A DNA stretch of 30,978 bases. It comes from Planctomycetota bacterium (GTDB lineage: Bacteria > Planctomycetota > UBA1135 > GCA-002686595). A program made the translations under genes and the position numbers. The notes beneath the pieces were generated by a model that made no database searches, was not told the DNA's origin, and saw nothing but the letters and a program-made list of their open reading frames with translations. Positions 25,161 through 30,978 of the stretch are shown here, in pieces. Position 1 is the first letter of the stretch; the number at the start of each line of letters is the position of its first letter. The stretch spans positions 1 through 30,978 of the forward strand of contig JAYTBY010000734.1 of the NCBI GenBank assembly GCA_043736755.1, in the 5' to 3' direction.

Positions 25161-26759
25161 TCAGTTCGTCCCGTTCTTGCCCCGCCCGTCGATCTCGGCT
25201 TTCAGGATCTTGCGTGCGACCTTGCCACGATCGTTCTTCGGCAACGTGTCGCGCCATTCGAACCAGCGCGGATACTTGTGCGGCGCGATGCTCGACTTCG
25301 CGTGGGCTTTCAGCGCGGCCGCTGTCTCGTCACAGCCCTTCCAACCCGGCTGCAAGACGACGAACGCGAGCGGCTTCACGAGCTGCTGCTCGTCCTCGGC
25401 GCCGACGACACACACTTCGGCGACCGCCGGATGCTCGAGCAAGCAGTTCTCGATCTCGAGCGGCGAGACCCAGATCCCCGAGACCTTCAACAAGTCGTCG
25501 TCGCGGCCCTCGTACCAGAAGCGACCTTCGGCATCGCGACGGAAGATGTCGGCGGTTGTGCACGTGTCGCCTTGGAACGTTGCGACCGACTTCGCGCGGT
25601 CGCCCCAGTAGCCGATCGCGGTCGATCCGCCGCGAATGCGCAGGCGACCGGGTTCGCCGACGGGAACGAGAGCGCCGCTCGGGTCCACGATGTCGGCCTC
25701 GTAGCCGCGCACGAGGCGACCGAGGCTGCCCGGCGTCACGTCGCCAAAGCGGCTGGTCACATAGATATGGAACATCTCGGCAGAGCCAATTCCGTCGAGG
25801 ATTTCGACGTTCGTGCGCTGCTTCCACTCCTGGTAGAGAGCGGGCGGAAGCGCTTCACCGGCGGAGAGGCACACGCGCAAGGACGACAGATCCGCGCTCT
25901 CCATCCGTGGCGAGCGCAGCATCGCATTGATCATGGTCGGCACGCTCGTGAGCAGCGTCGGGCGATGCCGCGCGATCGAATCGAACAGCAGCTCCGCCGT
26001 CGCGCGCTCCGGGAAGAGCACAGCGCTGCCGCCGAAGCGGAACGGGAACATCAAGTTCGTGCCGGTCGCGTACCCGAAGAAGAGCTTCGGCACGGACAGA
26101 CACACATCGTCCGCGCAGTAACCGACGACCTCGTTCGCGTAGACCTCGGCGTTGAACGCGAAGTCAGCCTGAACGTGCACGCACGCCTTCGGCGCGCCGG
26201 TCGATCCCGACGTGAAGAGCCAACCAGCCAAGTCGTCCGGCCCGGTCGGTTCCATCTCCGCGAGCGTCGAGCCCGGATCCTCGCGGCCGAGCGCTTCCTC
26301 GAACGCTGTGAATCCACCCGCATCCGGGCCGACGACGAGCGCCTCGCGGCAGAGTCGTGACGCGCGGATCGCGGGCCCGATCTCGGCCAAGACGTCCGTG
26401 TGCGTGATGACGACGCGCGCCTTCGTGTAGTCGAGGTACTCGGCGTAAGCATCGCGATGCAGCAGCGGGTTCACCATGGCGAACACACCGCCCGCGCGCA
26501 GCGTCCCGAACCACGCGTCGGCGAACTCGAGTACGTCCGGGAGGACGATGAGAACGCGCTCCTCCGGTCGAACTCCCGCGCGCCGTAGCACCGCGGCGAC
26601 TCGTCGCGCGCGATCGCTGATCTCCGTGTACGTCCGCGACCGTTGGTCTTCGCGCAACGCGATCTTGGCACCTCGACCCTCACGCAAATTGCGATCGAGG
26701 AAGTCGTCGCAGAGGTTGAAACGCTCTGGAAACGGTGGAAGAACGTCTCGGTAGGCCAT
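25161..26759 (-). CDS. Benzoate-CoA ligase family (aromatic acid-CoA ligase)
   Basis: WLFTSGSTGAPK, SVPKLFFGYATG, SAGEALP, DGIGSAEMFHIY, GR.DDLLKVSGIWVSP.EIE, YKYPR-like HKYPR, KNDRGK. Confidence 0.9.
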   Translation of the reverse strand: MAYRDVLPPFPERFNLCDDFLDRNLREGRGAKIALREDQRSRTYTEISDRARRVAAVLRRAGVRPEERVLIVLPDVLEFADAWFGTLRAGGVFAMVNPLLHRDAYAEYLDYTKARVVITHTDVLAEIGPAIRASRLCREALVVGPDAGGFTAFEEALGREDPGSTLAEMEPTGPDDLAGWLFTSGSTGAPKACVHVQADFAFNAEVYANEVVGYCADDVCLSVPKLFFGYATGTNLMFPFRFGGSAVLFPERATAELLFDSIARHRPTLLTSVPTMINAMLRSPRMESADLSSLRVCLSAGEALPPALYQEWKQRTNVEILDGIGSAEMFHIYVTSRFGDVTPGSLGRLVRGYEADIVDPSGALVPVGEPGRLRIRGGSTAIGYWGDRAKSVATFQGDTCTTADIFRRDAEGRFWYEGRDDDLLKVSGIWVSPLEIENCLLEHPAVAEVCVVGAEDEQQLVKPLAFVVLQPGWKGCDETAAALKAHAKSSIAPHKYPRWFEWRDTLPKNDRGKVARKILKAEIDGRGKNGTN

Positions 26760-26812
26760 GGCGATGCGAAGCAGGCTCGAGCGAGACGCAGGCGGCGCTC
26801 GACGTGGGTTGG

Positions 26813-27676
26813 TCAGCCCTTTGCGGCCGCGAGCGCGGCGCGGAACGGCGCGACGGACCCGTAGCGTTCACTGCGATCCGCCATCAAACCGCCCAGGATC
26901 GCCGACTCCAGCGCGAGCGGGACCGACACCTTCGGAGCGCGCACGTTCATCAGCGGCGGCGCCTTTTGCAGCTTCTCCTGGAACACATCGAGGAAGCTCT
27001 TGCCCTTCCACGGGAGGACTCCGGTCGTGATCTCGTAGAGCACGCAGGCGAGGTTGTAGACGTCCGACTGCACATCGGGCGACTCGCCGCCGAACTGCTC
27101 GATCGGCGCGTAGAACGGCGTGCCGATGAGCGCCGTCTTGTCGCCCAGGTGCTTTGCGCTCCACAGGCAAGCCGTGATGCCGCCGTCGATCAGCTCGACA
27201 TGCCCCTTCGCATCGCGGACGCGAATCGTGTTCGGCTTCACGTCACCATGAACGAGCCCCGCGGCGTGGATCGCGCCGAGCCCGTCGAGGAGCTCCAAGC
27301 CGATCTTGACGACTTCCGCGGCCGGAAGCGGCGCCTTTTCCTTGGCGTGATCGCGCAGGGACTTCTCGTGCGGAACGTCCGTCACGACGAAGATCGTGCC
27401 GTCTTCGAACTCGCTCACGCTGTGCGTCGTGAGCACGGCGCGCGACTCGACCTTCGTCCACTCGCGCATGGCTCGCGCGAAGTCGCGTGATTGCTCGCGC
27501 CCTTCGAAAAGCGACGCTGGGAACACTTGCAACTCACGTTCGGCCTTCGCTTCGAGATCCTCGACCACGAACGTCGTCGACATGCCGTCGCGTCGATTCG
27601 CGCGCACGATCTTGTAGCGATCGCCGAGGACCTTGCCGGGGATCAGGTCGAAGAGGGATAGAGCCTTCGTGTGCAT
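26813..27676 (-). CDS. Hanks-type Ser/Thr kinase-fold protein, probably a pseudokinase
   Basis: LGDRYKI, HGDVKP, GTPFYAPIEQ and SDVYNLACVLYE.TTG..PW are present. The N-lobe catalytic motifs are degenerate. Confidence 0.8.
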   Translation of the reverse strand: MHTKALSLFDLIPGKVLGDRYKIVRANRRDGMSTTFVVEDLEAKAERELQVFPASLFEGREQSRDFARAMREWTKVESRAVLTTHSVSEFEDGTIFVVTDVPHEKSLRDHAKEKAPLPAAEVVKIGLELLDGLGAIHAAGLVHGDVKPNTIRVRDAKGHVELIDGGITACLWSAKHLGDKTALIGTPFYAPIEQFGGESPDVQSDVYNLACVLYEITTGVLPWKGKSFLDVFQEKLQKAPPLMNVRAPKVSVPLALESAILGGLMADRSERYGSVAPFRAALAAAKG

Positions 27677-27961
27677 GGGCGGACAGGCTACTCGCCGGAG
27701 CCCGATCGTGTCGATTCAAAGAGACCAGAGCCGCGGTTCTGCGGGACTTTTCGGACGTCGATGACGTTCGCCTTGGCCCGCACGCAGGCGGATCGGAACG
27801 GAGCGCAACACGACCACTTGTACAGTACGTCCTTGCAGATCTGCGCGAGTGGCCTGACGCATCACTCTCGGAGTCAGCCGAAATCCGAGCGGATAGCGGC
27901 TCGCGCGTAGAGCACGCAACATTCTCCCAACCTCGAGCCGAAGGCAACGTAGTCCCACGCC

Positions 27962-29356
27962 ATGAGAACCATGCTCACGGTCGCCATCGCCGTCTCCTGC
28001 GTGCAGGGCTCCGTGGATGCGCACACGGGAGACTGGCTCGACGCTCGCGCTGTCGTAGAGCGCGTCGAACGAGTCACGGGGCGTGGATTCGTGCTGGATT
28101 CGAGCCATCCGAGACGACCTGACGATGCCCAGCGGTTGGCGTTCACGGCGTCTTGGATCTTCGATCCCGAGGTCGGGGAGGCGAGTATCGAGCTCACCGA
28201 GTCAGGTGAACCGGCCCTCTGGTGGTTCGAACGTCGCGGCCGTGTGTTCCAGGTCGATGACAAGGGCATCGAGATCGCGGCGCGCTCATTCGGCGATTTG
28301 TCGGCAGCTTGTGTCGCGGCCTTGCATTCGCGGAGCGTCGAGAACGCGCTCCGGGAGCGACGTGACGCGTGGCAGATCATGGGGACCGATGGTCCGCTGA
28401 TCCTCGCTTGGAACGACGCGCTGTGGACGGTCGAGATCGATCGCACAGAGGGACGGGTGAACGGACTCGAGCGCCGGCTCGCGCACCAGCAGTACGGCGA
28501 CTACACCGAGACCATCCGCTTCGAACGCGAACAGTCGACGACAGGAACGTCTTTGCGCACCGTCGTTTCACACGGCGAGCTCGAAGTCGCACGATTGGAG
28601 CTCGAGAGCGCGGTCGCGTGCGATCCAGCGCCGATTCCAAGCGGTGACGAGGAGCGCGAGCGCACGCGCGCGATCTCGACGCGCGACCTGACCTGGATCG
28701 ACGTCGCGCCGCATCTCTACTCGATCGAGATCGCCGCCCAGAACACCCGCATCACGGTCGCGGAATTCGGGGACCACTGCGCGGTGCTCGAAGGCGCGTA
28801 CAACTCCCGCATCTGCGACCTGGTCGCGCGCGCCGTCGAGACGAAGCTAGCGAAGCCCATCCGCTACTTCGCCTTCAGCCACCTGCACGGGCAATACATC
28901 GGCGGAGTGCGCTCGTTCGTTCACGCGGGTGCCACGATCCTCGTGCCAGCCACCACCGCGCCCCTCGTCGAGCGAATTGCCGCAGCTCCGCACACGGTCC
29001 GACCGGATGCCCTCGCGGTGGATTCGAAGCCTTTGAAAGTCGAGATCGTGAAGGACCGACTGCGGATTCAAGACGGTACGAACACGCTCGACGTGCTCCT
29101 GGTGGAGTCGGCGCACACGAACGAATACCTCGTGTTCCACTTCCCACAGCAGAAAGTACTGCTGAGCGGGGATCTGCTGTTCCTGCGTGAGGGTCAGGGT
29201 CTGACCGGACGCTCCAAGCTCTTCGCGGAAACCGTTCTGGGACTCGAACTCGAATTCGAAACGGTGCGCTGCACCTGGCCACTCGAGGGCTACGGCACGA
29301 AGAACGTGGTGACGCGGGACGAGCTGATCGCGGGCCTCGCCTTGTCGAAGGACTGA
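27962..29356 (+). CDS. Exported protein with C-terminal metallo-beta-lactamase-fold domain
   Basis: Signal-like N-terminus, KPIRYFAFSHLHGQYIGG, APHTVRPD, SAHT..YLVFHFPQQKVLLSGDL. Confidence 0.7.
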   Translation: MRTMLTVAIAVSCVQGSVDAHTGDWLDARAVVERVERVTGRGFVLDSSHPRRPDDAQRLAFTASWIFDPEVGEASIELTESGEPALWWFERRGRVFQVDDKGIEIAARSFGDLSAACVAALHSRSVENALRERRDAWQIMGTDGPLILAWNDALWTVEIDRTEGRVNGLERRLAHQQYGDYTETIRFEREQSTTGTSLRTVVSHGELEVARLELESAVACDPAPIPSGDEERERTRAISTRDLTWIDVAPHLYSIEIAAQNTRITVAEFGDHCAVLEGAYNSRICDLVARAVETKLAKPIRYFAFSHLHGQYIGGVRSFVHAGATILVPATTAPLVERIAAAPHTVRPDALAVDSKPLKVEIVKDRLRIQDGTNTLDVLLVESAHTNEYLVFHFPQQKVLLSGDLLFLREGQGLTGRSKLFAETVLGLELEFETVRCTWPLEGYGTKNVVTRDELIAGLALSKD

Positions 29357-29380
29357 GCGCGAGGCTTGCGGAAACCGGAT

Positions 29381-29407
29381 CGAGACCGTTCCCCTCGGAA
29401 CGTCTCG
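29381..29407 (+). other. Imperfect hairpin after the MBL-fold gene
   Basis: CGAGAC-C-GTTCC-CCTC-GGAAC-GTCTCG. There is no U-tract, so it is not a classic intrinsic terminator. Confidence 0.35.
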
Positions 29408-29624
29408 GTGGTCACGTCAGCCTCGAGCGAGTGCGCCTTGCCTCGCGATCCGACGTGCCGACGCGAGCACCGACTAGGACCGGCACGAGCCGTTGCGCTT
29501 CCGTAGGTACGTCAGGCTCGCGCTCCCTCGCAGTTCAGCATGCAGCTCCCCGCGGATCCGATGCAGGCTTCATGGAGTCGACGCGACGAAGCGTCGGCCG
29601 CCGGTGCATTGGTACCTTGCCGCG

Positions 29625-30978
29625 ATGCAACTCGTTCTCCTGGCTGCCTGCGCCCTTGCTCGAGTACCGAGCGCGATCCCCCCGACGACGTTTGCCGTGC
29701 GACTCGATCCGGTGGTCCGTTCCGATGCTGCGACCGGTCGCCTGGTCGTCCTCCTTGTGCGTGAGGGTTCCAAAGTCGGTGCACGTCGCGAACCCGCGGA
29801 CGGGCCGTTCTTCGAGGATCCGCAACCGCTGTTCGGGATCGAGGCGCGAATCGCTCCGGGAGAGACCCTGGTGCTCGATGACCGGGCGACTTCGTTCCCG
29901 ACCAAGCTCTCTCTGCTCCCGCCGGGAAAGTACCGCGCACAGGCGCGCTTCGATCTCGTGCACGCGGACAGCGCGTGGAAGCGCGAAGACGGGAACCTGT
30001 TCTCGAAAGCCGTGACGATCGAGGTCCCGACCCAAGCACCGATCGAGCTCGTCCTCGATCAGAAAGTCGTCGTTTCTCCGCCGCGAACCAGCGCCGGCGT
30101 CGAGTGGTTCGAGGTGCGCTCCGAGCTGCTGTCGAAGTTCCGCGGCCGCGAAGTCGTGTTGCGCGCGGGCGTCGTTCTCCCCGCGAAGTACGATGCCACG
30201 CGCAAGTACGCTGCGATCTACGACGTTCCCGGCTTCGGCGGCAATCACCGCAGTGCGAGCGCCAGGTCGAAGAAAGAAGCGGAAGACTCGAGCCCGAAAG
30301 GCCTACTCGCGCGCGAGACGTTCGAGATCGTCCTCGATCCGGAAGGCCCGAACGGTCACACGTTGTTCGCGGACTCGGACAACAACGGACCGTGCGGAGC
30401 GGCGCTCGTGCGCGAGTTGATCCCGGCACTCGAGGGTAAGTACCCGTTGATCGCCGAGCCTTCGGCCCGTGTCCTGCGCGGCCACAGCTCGGGCGGGTGG
30501 TCGACGTTGTGGCTCGCGCTCACCTACCCCGACGTCTTCGGCGCGACATGGTCGAGCGCGCCCGACCCCGTCGATTTCCGACGTTTCCAGCGCGTCGATC
30601 TGTACGCGGGAGAGAACTTCTACGTGGTTCTCGGCACCGAGATCGCGAGCTATCGCATCGACGGGGAGGTGCGCATGACGACTCGCCAGGAGAACGGCGG
30701 CGAGGAGGTCGTCGGCCCCGACAACACCTCCGCGCAGCAGTGGGACTCGTGGTTCGCGGCGTTCGGTCCGCGGAACGAGCGCGGCCATCCCGCAGCGCTC
30801 TACGACGTGGCGACCGGGCGCATCGATCGCGCGGTGGCCGAGTCCTATCGCCGGTACGACATCGGCGCACTGTTGCGCTCGGCACCGGAGAAGTATGCGC
30901 CGATCCTGCGCCGGAGCGTGCGGCTCGTCTGCGGCGGCGAGGACAGTTTCTACCTGAACGAGGCCGTCGAACTGCTGG
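29625..30978 (+). CDS. Exported putative esterase (alpha/beta hydrolase), truncated at window end
   Basis: Open frame from ATG 29625 (MQLVLLAACALA) to the window edge, absent from the ORF track. GHSSGGW nucleophile elbow at 30480, FADSDNNGP, WSSAPDPVDF. Confidence 0.85.
   Translation, partial: MQLVLLAACALARVPSAIPPTTFAVRLDPVVRSDAATGRLVVLLVREGSKVGARREPADGPFFEDPQPLFGIEARIAPGETLVLDDRATSFPTKLSLLPPGKYRAQARFDLVHADSAWKREDGNLFSKAVTIEVPTQAPIELVLDQKVVVSPPRTSAGVEWFEVRSELLSKFRGREVVLRAGVVLPAKYDATRKYAAIYDVPGFGGNHRSASARSKKEAEDSSPKGLLARETFEIVLDPEGPNGHTLFADSDNNGPCGAALVRELIPALEGKYPLIAEPSARVLRGHSSGGWSTLWLALTYPDVFGATWSSAPDPVDFRRFQRVDLYAGENFYVVLGTEIASYRIDGEVRMTTRQENGGEEVVGPDNTSAQQWDSWFAAFGPRNERGHPAALYDVATGRIDRAVAESYRRYDIGALLRSAPEKYAPILRRSVRLVCGGEDSFYLNEAVELL

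Noticed and set aside
28-30885. Many long R/A/P-rich ORFs in the track (e.g. 28..912, 1845..3317, 2108..3445, 3744..5270, 14090..15181, 15245..16573, 24432..26360)
   Set aside because: They are antisense or off-frame shadows of well-supported genes. They are expected in high-GC DNA and show no recognisable motifs.

Overview
GC-rich bacterial chromosomal window (about two-thirds GC by eye). The acidobacterial-type PadR/permease-prefix pair and the exported TlpA-TPR redoxins suggest a Planctomycetota-like or related lineage, which is inference only. It holds about 30 real genes. Positions 1-6664 are a minus-strand run: ABC ATPase, mazG, Ddl-like ATP-grasp, secreted hydrolase, permease-prefix protein, PadR, queC. 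Then come mrp/apbC, a HEPN gene pair, a tight purK-purE-sbtA-sbtB operon, a TlpA redoxin, an OPT transporter, an SRPBCC-SnoaL protein, a metallophosphoesterase-LamG protein and a GIY-YIG nuclease. Next is an exported redoxin split by an in-frame UGA in a UxxC motif with a SECIS-like hairpin (selenoprotein), followed by metF, a thioesterase, a creatininase-family gene, a RAYT/REP-like insertion, a benzoate-CoA ligase family gene, a degenerate Ser/Thr kinase, an MBL-fold protein and a truncated esterase. The most notable signals are the selenoprotein, the bicarbonate transporter plus PII-like regulator coupled to purKE, widespread TAnnnT boxes directly before start codons (leaderless mRNAs), QueC fused in frame to a small domain, an Mrp lacking its CxxC motif, tandem PadR operators and a repeated MITE-like element. 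No CRISPR array, rRNA or tRNA was found. All calls are from motif reading; no database searches were run.
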